A DNA stretch of 63,897 nucleotides, counting the filler, from Reticulomyxa filosa (taxonomy: Eukaryota; Protista; Foraminifera), in the NCBI GenBank assembly GCA_000512085.1. It is 12 parts of 12 records of this genome, joined end to end, with 100 filler letters (N's around TTAATTAATTAA, not from the genome) between each part and the next. Parts side by side here need not be neighbours in the genome. Positions count along the whole stretch, not along the records: positions 1 to 12,595 come from ASPP01019815.1; positions 12,696 to 13,783 come from ASPP01034653.1; 10 more parts are not named here. The stretch is one strand, 5' to 3'. This document shows, one piece after another, positions 1 to 13,267 of the stretch (positions are counted from its first letter, which is position 1; each line of letters starts with the position of its first letter). Made by a program: the position numbers and the translations under genes. A model generated the notes under the pieces. That model was not told the DNA's origin and did not search any database. It saw only the letters and a program-made list of their open reading frames with translations.

Positions 1-959
1 ACAAAATACGATTATCAGTTCAATGTAAAAGCTAATATTCTATTTAAATGACAATGAATTGACGATATATTATTACAATGTAAAGTTTTTATTGAAAAGG
101 TAATGCTTATTCAAAAGACAATTTGGATCTATGATAAATTCACAATGACAATAACACGAAATTCAATTGTAAAGACAATAGTCGATGTTACAAGAAAAAT
201 CAAAGTATTATTAATCAAGTTGAAGCTACAGTAGTCGAAGTCTAATTTAAGCTAAAATATCAATATGGTAATGTAACATCAATATCAAGTTGGAATCGAA
301 CAAGACTGCTACTGCAACAATAACGTCGAATAACAATTGCTGTGAAATCAAACAATACATATTGTTTCAATGTTTGTCATTAGAAGTTATCATATTGAGT
401 CATATGAACAATTTTAAAAATTCAATGAATTAATATGTAATGTACAATGTTTGTATGAAATCATTATGTCGTTTCTGGAGCAGCTGACGTTCTAAACTTT
501 AGAACAATAAGATATATTAGTAACTATATGATATTTTATAAGTTGGCTAAAAGCAAATGATTATTGATTCTATAATTAGAATAAACTGATGAATAAATGT
601 ATCCAAGTATTTATCGAAAATAAAAATTTAAACAATCAACATCAAATAGTGACAATACAAGTTACAATAAAAAACTTAATTGGAAAAATGTCCGAATAAA
701 AACAATTGTTTTAGATTTAAGGAAAAATATTGTATTAAACAAAGAAATAATACATACAATGAACAACAACATCATTTGTTACAAATTCCAAATCGTGCTA
801 AAGTCGAAACTAGAGCAAATACAATAATTTCAATAGCAACAAAAAGCAATTGAACGATAAGTTTAATATTTGTACAAACAACGATATTGTCCAAACAATA
901 TGAAGAAATTGCACGTAATTGAGCAGCAGCTGAATAAGAATAAAATATTTAAATAATTA

Positions 960-1117
960 GTAAATATGTAATAAAAAACCAAAATGATATTTAAAAACTA
1001 CACGATTTGTAGATATTTTTAAAAAAAATTAGGTCGAATGTTGTTTTTTCATTTAGAAAATCAATCATCTCTATAATATGACATTTTAGGTGTCAACTTT
1101 ACTTTGATTCTACTGTA
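960..1117 (+). mobile_element. Terminal (TIR/subterminal) fragment of a Tc1-like DNA transposon
   Basis: ...caatcatctctataatatgacattttaggtgtcaactttactttgattctACTG-TA matches the element end at 18455-18538 and the reverse complement of 25906-26055. It ends in ACTG followed by a TA target site. Confidence 0.7.
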
Positions 1118-1184
1118 TCTTGTTCAAATCAAATATAAAAATAAAATTAAATAAATCTGCTAATTTATTATAACAAACATGTTG

Positions 1185-1560
1185 TCCCACGTGTCATTTC
1201 AATGGTTGCCTTGGATGTGATCTGTCCATTAACTGAAACTGATGTAGTATCAATACATTATAACAATTATTGATCGATTTACTCGTTATGTAGCTGCAGT
1301 ACCTCTCAAGACAATCACAACAAAGGAAATTGTTTTATCTTTCGTACATGAGTGAATATGCTGTCACTGCGTTCATAAAACAATTATAACAGATGATTGC
1401 ATTAAATTCACAAGTAGAATTCTAATCTAACAGCACAAATGTTTGTCGTAAAACAGTTATTCAAATCTACATACCACCCACAAACTAATGTAATGTTAGA
1501 ATGTTTCCACATGTATCTAAAAGAGATTTTAGTCATTATTGCAGCATATCGTGATCTGGA
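1185..1560 (+). mobile_element. Degenerate Ty3/gypsy-type LTR retrotransposon integrase (rve core) remnant
   Basis: Broken translation MVALDVICPLTETD / YQYIITIIDRFTRYVAAVPLKTITTKEIVLSFVHE*ICCHCVHKTIITDD..FTS / LFKSTYHPQTNVMLECFHMYLKE matches rve motifs (D..GPLP, IDxFTRY, ITDNGxxF, YHPQTNG.ER). It contains a stop and frameshifts. Confidence 0.85.
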
Positions 1561-2470
1561 CTTCATATCTGCATCTTCTTTTTGATTTTTAGATGTTATG
1601 TTGTCGTTCAGCTCACTTAAAAATTTTTCACAGAAAAATGAAGTGTTTTTCCAAATCAGTCACTTCACACAAATATTTTTATATGCGCATAGACATCTGC
1701 TCGAAGTCATATTCTGTCGTCACTTGAGATATTTTTTTAAATAATCATTTAAAAGAAACGCCCTTTTTGTCAAAACTGAACTTCCTTGCTTTCTTTTCTG
1801 GTTAAGGTTCTATTTGTGAAAAATTTTGTCTTAAGGAATGTAGAAAGTATTAATCTGTAGTAAAAAATACCGTTAATTATCAGCAAAATTCAAGTGAACC
1901 TTAGAACGCTCTTTATTCTTGTTACTCACTTCGCTTCATAGTCTTTTGTCTTACGTTTTTTTGGTTGATTATTCTCTGTCACTATTTTTTCTTTTAACTA
2001 AATTTGTTTTTGTTGAAAATTGCTCAAGAAAGCTAATAAATCTTTAGTATTACATTCTAAGCAGTTTTTCTTAGCAGCAAATATTCACAAAACCACAAAA
2101 ATTGTCCATTTATTACTTAAAGTGTTGACATGTGTGACTAATCTCCAAGGACGAAACATAATAAATAAACAAGTGAATATTCAATTCTTTCCTGAACAAG
2201 ATCAAGTTACAAATTATTACTGTTATATCATTCATTTGTTATTATACATTTTTTGTATTCCTTGAACTTGGAAAATTGAAAATACTTCAAGTAAATTCGG
2301 CACACGTTTTTGATGTTTGGAGATCTGAACACATTTATTTTTTCGATTCGTGATAGTGTGTCAAATGTTTTATATTGTTTTCTTTGAGGGTTATGTGTTT
2401 GTCTCTTCAAAAAAGAATGTAATGAGGTTCAGTGCACAAAAAGGGGAAAAGGACATACATCAGCACAACC

Positions 2471-4175
2471 ATGATGCTGATAAGGGTAGGTCCTTTGAGA
2501 CGTTTGACTCACAAAATGAGACCATCGCTCAGGCATTTCAACCGACGAATGCGCCATACCGTTTCGAATGCCAAAGGGGTGGGGTTTGAGAAAGTGTCCT
2601 TGAATGACTTACGTCTCTCAAAGTATGCGAATAATTACACGATGTCTTTTCCTTACTCGTTCTCACAAAAAAAAAAATGTCCATAAACGACAAGTATTTT
2701 TGTGAAACAGACAGCAAAAGTGGCTGACTTCTCGTTATCATTTTGCTTTTGCAGACTGGTCTCTTTTATAACAATATACAAATATATCCGTTTATGCTTT
2801 TTTTTTTTTAATCAAAATATGTAACAAAATAAAACCGACAGGAACGATGGACCAATGGGGTTTGGATGTCTTCGTGTTTTAAATGATGATATTGTAAAGC
2901 CAGAAAATGGGTTCGAAACTCATTTTCACCGACATTTTGAAATATTCACGTAATAGTTCGACCTTACAATCGAGCATCTTATATCTAGTCATAAAAAACA
3001 AAACAAAACAAAAAAAACTTGAAAAGTGCTCATTGTTTTACGTATACAAATAACAAAATTAGTTATGTGATTGAAGGAGATTTAACCCACAAAGATTCGA
3101 TAACAGAAAAAGATGAGACATTATGTCGGGGAGACTTTCAATTTATGAGTGCAGGAAAAGGTCAGTTGGGATTAAATGTAACAAATTAAACATAAATTTT
3201 TAAAAAAAAGAGGAAGGAAAGAAAAAAATAAAAATAAAAGTAAAAAAAAAAACAAACAAAAAATCAAATAAAAAAAGGTATATTCCACAGTGAGATGAAT
3301 CATGATCCAATACAGAGCTGTCGGTTTTTGCAAACATGGATAGTTCCAAATGCGAAACTGTATAATGATAATGAGACGCGATATGGAAGCCATTCATTTC
3401 TTAGAGCAGATCGGTTGAACCGCTTGCTTCATGTCATATCTCCACTTCCAATTGAAAAACCCCTTCTTCAGGCGAATCGTGATAAAGATAAGGACGAAAA
3501 ATTAGATCAATCGAATACTGAAACCTCCGCTAATGCACCTATTCAATTGAGAAATGATTGCAATGTGTTGAGTAAAAAAAAAAGTAGAAGGTAGAAAAGG
3601 AAATGGAGGGAAGACAAAGGTCAAGGCAAGAAAAGACAACAACTAGTAAAAATATATTCACTATTTGGGGCGGGACAAATAGCTATGTGAGCGAGCTGGA
3701 AGAGAATCACACGGTCGAATATAAATTGAAAGAAGACCGTCAATTATATTTGGTCTGCATTGAAGGAATTGTTGATGTAACTTCATTGGATCCGGAAAAC
3801 CAATCTGTCCAGCTCTATAGTCGTGAAGCTGTCAAAATTTATGGAGGCTCATCTGATGTTCCCATTACCATCAAAGCTACCGGAATGATGAATGATAACC
3901 GTAAATACATTAATCATAACATCCGGGAAACAGATAAAGAAAAAGGTACGGATAATGAAAAAGAGATAGAAAAAGAACAAGCAAAATCTCTTTCCAAATC
4001 ACAAAATTATTCTTCTCAGCCAAAAAAAGCTGTGACCTCTTCTTCCAATAATTGGTCATTTTCCCAGCTTGAAAGAGGGGGAGATAACTATCCTTCTGGG
4101 CATGTAATGCTCATTGATGTCAAAAAGGAGCACACCATTGCCTCTTGGCTTAATGTATTTCGGTCTAAAAAATAA
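2471..4175 (+). CDS. PIR: Pirin (YhhW/quercetinase-like cupin), multi-exon, with possible N-terminal mitochondrial presequence
   Basis: Spliced exons give WLTSRYHFAFADW / NDGPMGFGCLRVLNDDIVKPENGFETHFHRHFEIFT / YVIEGDLTHKDS...FQFMSAGKG / IFHSEMNH...FLQTWIVP and C-terminal RQLYLVCIEG. The metal ligands HxH...HxE are present. GT-AG introns are consistent with the frame. Confidence 0.9.
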
Positions 4176-4755
4176 AGGCAATTTCCATATTTTGCGTTTT
4201 TGTAATAACTGTTGATTTGTGTATTTTCATTTGAGAGTCTTGTAATTTTTGGCTTGCTCGTGGTGGTAAGGTGCACTTTTGAAACAATAACTAACACTTA
4301 ATTTTTCCATTCTTTCTAATGCTCGATTTCACTCTTTGAAATGTATCTTTAAATCAGAATTTTTTAAAAATTCATTACTACTGATGACAGAATATCGAGT
4401 AGTTCCTTTCAAAAATCCATTCCAGAGAAACAAGACTACCATGAAAAAAAAATTAAACCCACACGATTTTACAAGAAATCAAAAAAACACTTAAAAAACC
4501 CAAAAAAAAGAAAAGAAAAACAAAATATTAAAACGAAAATCTCACAAAAATTATTTTCGTGTCAATAAAAAAAGAAAAATATAAACCAAAACTTTTTGAA
4601 GTGACCTTCTTAAAAAAACAAGAAAAAGGTGAATCACAAACATGAGATAACCACAATATACATTTTCTTTTGACCACAATCTTCTATTTTTTCCAGTGTT
4701 AGATCAACACAAAAAAAAAACGACTGTTTACACGATAATTATATTCATCTCCTCT

Positions 4756-5908
4756 TTACAAAGATGCAATGTGTGATTTGATTTCATTCTCTTCATCTTC
4801 AACCGGTTGGACCAACATATCAGCAGCATCACGATGGCCAGTCTCCGTCAATTCACGAGATGTCAAATCTTGTGTCAACAAGCTTGAGTCACCTTGTGGA
4901 TGAAATGATTCCTTTTTTGAAATAGATTTGGATAGGATCAACAATGAAGGAGTGAAAAAACACAGATGAAAATGTTAATTGAAATATAACAGACAATTTT
5001 GTATAATGTTACACAATGCACATGATAGAGAATTAACATTGGCAAGTGATGGAGGTTGTTTGGGAGGAGGCCTGGCGCTTAGTGTCATGGGCTGCTGCAA
5101 CAACGAGTTGGTGTGCGTACGAGAATCGGTGTGGTCATGATCCGACGGTTCCAAAGAGCGATCGAGCCCAGCAAAATTTGTTCTGAACGAAGTCTTCCAA
5201 TTTGGTGCATTGATATTGGTATGATTTCCCGAGCTATTCATGTACTGATCCGAATACGTATTGCCATGTTCATCCGACGGACGGTAATTTGCAGTTTTGT
5301 TTTCTGGAATCGCAATTGCAGAAACAGGCAAAATGCGTTGGACAGGAGGCAATTTTTTTTTCGGGTCAGCGTTGGGACGTCCATGAATTGGAGGAATTTG
5401 ATTTTGCGATGGCAGAGTGTCATTGAGATATACGCCATTGTCAGGAGAGGGTAAATCTGGCACCGACTTGGACGAGCCTAGCACTTGAAAAGGCTCAAAA
5501 AAGGAAATTGGAGGTTTTCTTCCGGGCAATATTTGCGGCGGTTGAATATGTTCATCTCTGTTTTCACTCTCGGTTTGTGATTGTGAAGTGGACTCTCTTC
5601 TTGTGAACGGAAACGGTACTGGACCTTTGTTATCAAAGGCACTAGCTTGTCCCATCGATTCAATGTCACCCGGAAACAGTGTACTTGACAAAGGCGGGGC
5701 AAAAGCAAGTGGCGAGTTGCCAAAGAGTCCAGGCACGACATTGGGAGTGTTATTGAACGGTACATAATTGGTGAGACCAGGATGAGGAGCAGGGAGCACC
5801 ATTGGTGATTGCATCACCGAATCTTCCCTCGTGTCTCCACGCATGGAATCAGGAGAGCCCTCTACAATTTTGAGTTTCTTTAATCATCACAAAACAATAA
5901 CCAAAAAA

Positions 5909-5940
<32 letters not shown>

Positions 5941-8900
5941 TTTGAAGAGCAAAACCAAGTTCGAACAATATTCAACAAAACTGAGTGCTCACTCTGCGTA
6001 TGGAATGGAAAGTTTGGGACGTCAATGTCGGTGGATTTATGGTTAAACGTTGAGCCATGATCAAGTTTGTTATGTTTATTTTGGTTGCTACTGCTGGTTT
6101 CAATCATGGACGTGCCACTTGTTAAGCCTTTTGTTTGGCCGAGTCGCCCCGGATGTCGTTGGAACGTGGGTTGCCATGACGCTGTCACTGGGGTGATAAT
6201 GTGTCTGTCAGATTCCTGGAATCATATCTTTCCATGTCATCGGTTTGTGGAGCCATTTTCTTTTCGTTTGTGCCGTCGTCTTCGCGATTCTCAGTACCTT
6301 CTTTCGCTTTGCTTTGTTTCCCATGCGTGTCATTGTCACTCACTGTCGCGCTTGTCTTGGCCTTTCCGTTGTCCTTTCGATGTTCGTTCTTCTTGCTTTT
6401 CTTCTTGTTCTTGCTCTTGCTCTTGCTCTTGCTTCTGTCCTTTTGCTTGCCTTTGCTTTGCGTACGCATGTGGTGTGGGTCATCCTGTTTGTCCGTGTGG
6501 ATGCTGCCACTGTCACTGTCGCTGTCGATGTGACTGCTCCTGGTTTTTCGACCACGTTGCATCTCATCATTTTGGCTTTTCTTCTCTTCTTTTTCATTGT
6601 TGTTATTTTCTTCTTCCTCGTTATCGTTCTCATCTGTTTATTTATTTATTAATTTTTTCTTTTGCTCTGATTAAAAAAAAAAAGAATAAACAAGCCCTTT
6701 TTTTTTTTTTTTTTTTTTTGTAGAAACGCCTACGTATACAGCGTGTCTCTTGCAAACCATTTTTTTTTTGAAAAGCATTGGACTGATTGGAAGCGTCACT
6801 ATATTCCGCTTCATCTTCTTTTCTGCGCTCTTTGTCTGCAGCAGCTTTGGATTTGTTTGGATTCCTTGCATCGTTGGGTTGATTTCGTTCCAAACGGCCA
6901 ATGGAATGGGATTGACTGTTTTCTTGATCGAAATCTTCGGATGCCAGATAATGTTTATGTGCGAGTTGCAAGTGTTCATCTTTGTCCATTAATTCGATAT
7001 TTTTCTGCAGCTTGGCGCTCGGCAAATGCAAGCTACTAACTTGTTGCAATGGCTTTTTGCCACTATTTTGATCCGTCATTGGTGGATGAACGAGATCACC
7101 CGCAGGATTGGATGGACTTGTAAACACCGTTCCGACGTGCGAGTATCCAAAGGTCAGTCCTGTGTCTTTCGTGGTGCCCGTGCCTGTCCCAGTTCCCGTC
7201 GCAGTGATCGTGTTCGTGCCTGTGCGAGTCACACCACCAAACTGTCGATAGTACACCGGCTCTGGTGTCTTATTGCGGTTGTGGCTGTTCAGCGTAGATT
7301 GATTCTTTAGCATTTCACTATCTCGACTCATGTGGCGTGCTGGTCCCTGCTCGGGGGTGTCTGGGGTCACCATATTCATTTGATAAGTCCTATTTGCAGC
7401 AAAGATAATAAAGTTACGTATACATAACATTTTACAACAAACACAACGTATACGTATTGTGTTGAAACTTGAAAGTGTCTCCGGTGATATCTTGAACGTC
7501 TCCAATTGGCAACGGCTCTGCAAAAGCGACTTTCTTTGGTTTTTTTGGATCGTTGCTGCGACTAGTGTGTCTTGACTTTTGAGATCTTTCTTTGCTTCGA
7601 TTTCTTGCATGTCGTTTTTGTTTGCGTTTTTGTTTTTGATCAGCACCTGCATCGGCACCCGCATCAGCATCGACATCGTCTTCACTTGCACTAAGACTGT
7701 GGGTATTGCTATGCGTGCGGCTGTTCAGATCAGTATGGTCTTTGTGGGATGGATAAGGCTCTAGCAAGTCGTTACTGACACGACCACGATAGGCAGAACG
7801 GGTAGGCACCGGAGGAGGTTGACTCTCTGCTTGTTTGCTCTCGTGGTTGCTATGCGTTCCGCTTTTGCTAGGAGGAGGGGCCATCAAATGTTCCGATTGC
7901 ACGCGTGCGCCATTGCTGTCGTAATACTCCAAATTGTGCGGATGGTTCACGTTATAAAACGAGTCGCCTTGAGCTCGGTGGATCATCGGCACACTTTCGA
8001 CGCTGTTTTCCGCTGGCTGTCGTGCTGGGCCTTCGTTCAAGTGCTGTTGTCCACCCAACTCGTGCATGAACGACAGTTGTTGTGGGTTCAAAGATTTCGC
8101 TTGTCTCTTGTCTTCCTTGTCGCGGCGCTTTTTGTTTTTACCGGCATTATCTATAGTCCATTTGTGTACATGTGTGTATGTTTTTTTTTTTAAATCATTA
8201 CATATTCCCCTCGCTCTCATAAAAACAATACATAAATAAACCTTTATAAAAGAGTTGGTGACCGTATTGATTAAATAAATATGTACATATACATATATAT
8301 ATACATATATATATGTATATATATTTATATATATATATATTTGAGGATAGAAAAGTGACTCGACTTTTATTAGGATCACTAAATGGATGATTGGCATCTG
8401 CTTTTTCCAAATGTGGATGTGTGTGCTGACTCAGCTCTCCATTGTCAGTGTAAGAATAAGAAATTTCAGGGGCCAGTTGTGGAGCCGTCAAAAAGGGTTT
8501 GTGTCGTGGTTTTCCTTTCGTGGAATGCAAAACAATGATGTTTTCTTACAATGAAAGTGATGGTGAATGAAGCGGATAGTTACCTTGGGATTCTGCTTCT
8601 GCAGATATGGTCGGCTCGTGCGTGACGTCGCTATAACTGGTGCTGTTCATAGGGCCGATGGGAAGCGAAAGCCTATCTTCATCTTTGTCCTGTTCGTCGT
8701 TCTTCCTCTTTGGTAGCCTTTGCTTCGAAGCGTGATCTTTGCCACTCTTTTGCCCTGACTTGTGTCCGTGTCCTTGTCCGTCCGGTGAAGGACTCATTAC
8801 TGACAGCGGCACCATGCCACCTGAGTTCATTTCGCTGTGATACGCGAGCGCTCCAGGTCGACCTGTCAGCGTTTTGTTGTCATTTGGTCCAAATGTAGTG

Positions 8901-11900
8901 TTTGTCACACCTGCTGTTCGCATTGCCACTGGACGACCAAACTCGTCATATAGCAAGTCCACTGACTTATTGTTTTGAGCCTAACATCATATGCAGACAG
9001 GGATTTAAAATTATTTACATCAAGTACAAATAAAACAAATAAATAAATATATACATATTATATGTATATATTTATTTATTTGCTCTCAAAGTGTAAAGGC
9101 TACCAAACTGGAACAAGAAGCGTTGGCAATGAAAACACACTGCTTTTTCTAACCCCCCCCCCCCCCCCCCCCGACAAAATCAAAAAATTAGAGTAATCTC
9201 AAAAAAAAGACGGAAAACAAGCAAATGTAGACTTACGCATTGATGTGCGATCCTTGGTTTGATGCGACACTCCTTCCCACTTGGAAATGGACACAAATCG
9301 CACATACCAATAAGCCGCAGCAAAGTCCAAAGATTATTCCAAGTACGACAACTGTTGCAAAAAAGGATTTCAAATAGGAAAAGCAAGACACAATAGTAAG
9401 AAGGTGAATGATGGAGCATGTCCCTGTAGCCTGTCTCTTCTTTGCTTTTTCTTTCCCTCCCCCTCCTCTCTCTCTCTCTCTCTCTGTCAAACTCAATAAT
9501 GAATGCACTTAACCGATAATCATAGCCGCAGTCAATCTGCCATTTGACACCGTGCCGACGCCTCCACTGGCGAATTGGTCTCTTGACGTTTGGATGTCTG
9601 TTGTCGTCGTCGAAGACGTGGGCGTGTTTGTGGAGACTCCAGTCGGGTGTTTGGTGGTAGGGCGGGCAGTGGCAATTGTCGTCGTCGTTGTTGTTGTTGT
9701 TGTTGTTAAATGTTGAGTAGGAGAGTTGGTGGGACGCACAGTATTTGCATTGCCACTCGGGACATTTGTTGGCATCGACGTAGGACGGTCTGTCTGCAAA
9801 GCAGTTGGAGAGCTTGTCGTCACTGAACTTGGAGAGCGTGTGGTAGGATTGGTGGTCGGAGAGCGTGTGGTAGGCTTGATGGTCGGAGAGTGTGTGGTAG
9901 GCTTGTTGGTCGGAGGGCGTGTGGTAGGTTTGCCGGTCGAAGTCACAGGACGTGGTGTTGGAACCAAAGTCGGAGTCGTGGAAACTGCGGGCGAGTTGAT
10001 CGGAGTTGAAGTCGGTTGTGTGGATAATTGTTTCGTGGTCGGTTGCAGTGTTGGATTTTTGGTGGGTACTCCAGTTGGTGATCTTGATGTCGGTCGTATC
10101 GTGGGTCTTGTTGTCGGCTGTTTTGTGGATTGTATTGTTGTTGGATGCGTCGCTGGTTGTTGCGTCGGATTCTGGGTTGGATAAACAGATGGAAATTTCG
10201 TTGGTGATTTCGTTGTGGGTTGTATTGTCGATAGCTGCACTGTCGTTGGACTCTTGGTCGGATTGGGGGACGGAAATCCAGTTGGCCGTTTCGTTGGTGA
10301 TTTCGTTGTGGGTCGTTTCGTTGTTGGTTGTGTTGTGGGTTGTTTCGTTGTTGGTTGTGTTGTGGGATGTTTCGTTGTAGGCTGCTTCGTCGTAGGCCGT
10401 TTCGTGGGTTGTGTTGTCGATGGCTGCACTGCTGTCGGACTCTGGGTTGGATTGGGGGACGGAAATCCTGTTGGTCGTTTCGTTGGTGATTTCGTTGTGG
10501 GTTGCTTCGTTGTTGGTTGTGTCGTGGGATGCTTCGTTGTAGGCTGCTTTGTGGGTTGTGTTGTCGTTGGCAGCACTACTGTTGGACTCTTGGTCGGATT
10601 AGGGGACGGAAATCCAGTTGGTCGTTTCGTTGGTAATTTCGTTGTGGGTTGCTTCGTTGTTGGTTGTGTTGTGGGCTGTTTTGTCGTTGGTTGTTTCGTG
10701 GGTTGTTTTGTCGTTGGTTGTGCTGTGGGCTGTTTCGTTGTAGGCTGTTTCGTTGTTGGTTGTGTTGTGGGCTGCTTCGTTGTAGGCCGTTTCGTGGGTT
10801 GTGTTGTCGATGGCTGCGCCGATATTGGACTTTTGGTCGGATTGGGGGACGGATATCCTGTTGGTCGTTTCGTTGGTAATTTTGTTGTGGGTTGTTTCGT
10901 GGGTTGTTTTGTCGTTGGTTGTGCTGTGGGCTGTTTCGTTGTAGGCCGTTTCGTGGGTTGTATTGTCGTTGGCCGCGCTACTGTTGGACTCTGGGTTGGA
11001 TTGGGGGACGGATATCCTGTTGGTCGTTTCGTTGGTGATTTCGTTGTGGGTTGCTTCGTTGTAGGCCGTTTTGTGGGTTGTGTTGTCGTTGGCCGCACTG
11101 CTGTTGGACTCTTGGTCGGATAGATGGACGGAAATCCTGTTGGTTGTATCGTTGGCATTCTTGTTGGTGATTTCGCTGTGGGTTGTTTTGTTGTTGGTTG
11201 TGTTGTTGGTCGCACTGCTGTTGGACTATTGGTCGGATTGGGGGACGGAAATCCTGTTGGCCGTTTCGTTGGTGATTTCGTTGTGGGTCGTTTCGTTGTT
11301 GGTTGTGTTGTGGGTTGCTTCGTTGTTGGTTGTGTTGTAGGCTGTTTCGTTGTTGGTTGTGTTGTGGGCTGTTTCGTTGTAGGCTGCTTCGTCGTAGGCC
11401 GTTTCGTGGGTTGTGTTGTCGATGGCTGCGCCGATATTGGACTCTTGGTCGGATAGATGGACGGAAATCCTGTTGGTCGTTTCGTTGGTGATTTCGTTGT
11501 AGGTTGCTTCGTTGGTGATTTCGTTGTAGGTTGCTTCGTTGTTGGTTGTGTCGTAGGATGCTTCGTTGTAGGCTGCTTTGTGGGTTGTGTTGTCGTTGGC
11601 AGCACTACTGTTGGACTCTTGGTCGGATTAGGGGACGGAAATCCAGTTGGTCGTTTCGTTGGTGATTTCGTTGTGGGTCGTTTCGTCGTTGGTTGTGTCG
11701 TGGGATGTGTTGTCGTTGGTCGCACTGCTGTTGGACTCTTGGTCGGATAGATGGACGGAAATCCTGTTGGTTGTTTCGTTGGCATTCTTGTTGGTGATTT
11801 CGCTGTGGGCTGTTTTGTTGTTGGTTGTGTTGTTGGCCGCACTGCTGTTGGACTATTGGTTGGATTGGGAGACGGAAACCCAGTTGGTCGTTTCGTTGGT

Positions 11901-12595
11901 GATTTTGTTGTTGGCTGTATTGTTGATTGTTGTGTTGGACTTTTGCTAGGCTGTTCAGAAGGAAATCCCGTTGGCCGTTTCGTTGGCCGTTTCGTTGGCC
12001 GTTTCGTTGGCTGTTTCGTTGGCTGTTTCGTTGGCTGTTTCGTAGTTGGTGGTTTCGTTGGCTGTTTCGTTGGCTGTTTCGTAGTTGGTGATTTCGTTGG
12101 CTGTTTCGTAGTTGGTGATTTCGTTGTTGGCGAGTTCGCTGTTGGCGATTTCGTTGTTGGACTCTTGCTAGGAAATCCTGTTGGCTGTTTCGTTGTTGGC
12201 GGTTTTGTTGTTGGCGATTTCGTTGTTGGTTGTTGCGTTGGGCTCTTGGTTGGATATCTGGATGGAAATCCTGTTGGCCGTTGCGTTGGCCGCCTCGTTG
12301 TTGGTCGTTTTGTTGGAAGCTCTGAGGGCTGTTTTGTGGGCGCTTTAGTCGGTTGTATGGACGGTGGCTTCGTGGGCTCTTGTGTTGGTGGCTTCGTCGG
12401 ATTCTTTGTCGGTTGTCTCGTGGGTTGATTGGTGGGCTGGTTGCTTGGCTGTGTTGTCGGTGGAGTTGTTGGCTGTTTCGTCGGTTGCTTCGTTGGAGAT
12501 TTTGTGGAAGACTTGGTTGGTGGCTTTGTTGGTTGTTTTGTCGGTTGTTTTGTTGGTTGTTTTGTCGGAAACTTGGTTGGTTGCTTTGTCGGAAA
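4756..12595 (-). CDS. Giant mucin-like type I membrane protein: PT-repeat ectodomain, one TM helix, long low-complexity cytoplasmic tail (5' partial, multi-exon)
   Basis: The frame of ORF 9509-11842 extends in phase to the contig end at 12595 (FPTKQPTK...). It splices into LTAAMIIVVVLGIIFGLCCGLLVCAICVHF (TM, ~9290-9530). Successive minus-strand exons (8546-8962, 8198-8530, 7432-8150, 6642-7400, 5880-6640, 4975-5844, 4756-4944) are separated by AT-rich introns. Joining all tail exons into one gene is inferred. Confidence 0.75.
9620..12595 (-). repeat. Coding hierarchical tandem repeat (PTTK/PTTQ/PTKQ short units nested in ~40-80 aa units anchored by PTG(F/Y)PSxxPTxSP)
   Basis: The anchor (e.g. 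ggacggaaatcctgttggtcgtttcgttggtgatttcg on +) recurs about 15 times, with variable numbers of 12-15 bp sub-units between copies. Confidence 0.95.
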
Positions 12596-12695
12596 NNNNN
12601 NNNNNNNNNNNNNNNNNNNNNNNNNNNNNNNNNNNNNNNTTAATTAATTAANNNNNNNNNNNNNNNNNNNNNNNNNNNNNNNNNNNNNNNNNNNN
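12596..12695. other. Artificial contig spacer (44N-TTAATTAATTAA-44N). Identical spacers at 13784-13883, 18099-18198, 19686-19785, 24562-24661, 26777-26876, 31607-31706, 49311-49410, 56236-56335, 59056-59155, 62333-62432
   Basis: Each is exactly 100 bp, with a core carrying stops in all six frames. Flanking genes are cut abruptly. Confidence 0.98.
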
Positions 12696-13267
12696 TTCGA
12701 AACCAAATGTTGCTGTAATTTCTGTTTGGGACAGGCATGAACACATCCAAATGGTTTATACCAACAGTCGAATAATTTCAAAGGACATGAATTATCCAAA
12801 TGATCATTTAATTCTTTGATTTTCCCTTTAAAATTACATGTTATTTTTTCATCTCCTTCTTCTTCTTCTGGTTGTTGTCGTTGAGTAGTTGTTTGTGAAT
12901 CTTGTCGATATTGTCGTGGACATGTAACCCATAAGTCACCAATACATAGTTGAACTGCTTTGCTTGGAGAATACAAACAACCATTATGAGGTTGAACAGG
13001 ACAAGAATTAGGATTAATACTCAAGAATTGCTGCAAACAATTGGCTCCAATAATAAGAGACTCATTCAAGTTTTGATGTTGTGTACAATCCATTTCAATA
13101 GGATTTCTGGCAACTTGTTTGCAAATCAAACAAATAAAGTGGCTAATTTGCTCTTGCTGGTTCGATTGCAAAATCCACTCTTTACTGAAACAAGAAGTCT
13201 CCAAAGAAACTGGAGACACTCCAATTTCTCTTTCTTTTGAAGTTTTTTCGTCTTCTATGTTACTCAT
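12696..13267 (-). CDS. RING-like + TRAF-type zinc-finger protein (3' partial), expanded family member
   Basis: CLICKQVARNP..CxQH..CLQQFL..CPVQPH (degenerate RING), then CNFKGKIKELNDHLDNSCPL..CWYKPFGC..C...H (TRAF Zn fingers). Paralogous to 23145 and 32250. Confidence 0.85.

Noticed and set aside
1-950. Possible RT/RNase H remnant upstream of the integrase
   Set aside because: Only a faint ADVL-like word near 480-495. Too decayed to support.
1340-1360. In-frame TGA at a Trp position in the integrase (and TAG in the PUB-like and STI1 pieces) suggesting a variant genetic code
   Set aside because: These occur only in frameshifted relics. Intact genes use TGG for Trp and end in TAA/TGA.
9620-12595. 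Regularly spaced conserved DNA motif resembling a CRISPR array
   Set aside because: The intervening sequences are themselves repeats with in-frame lengths, it is coding, there are no cas genes, and the context is eukaryotic.
9726-12647. Long plus-strand ORFs rich in V/G/C/F (VGCFVVG...)
   Set aside because: Antisense shadows of the PT-repeat CDS. The minus frame is uninterrupted and splices to a TM exon.
12640-12651. Recurrent palindromic TTAATTAATTAA and ORFs ending in X..LIN
   Set aside because: Artificial six-frame-stop linker between N runs. Cross-spacer adjacency generally cannot be interpreted.
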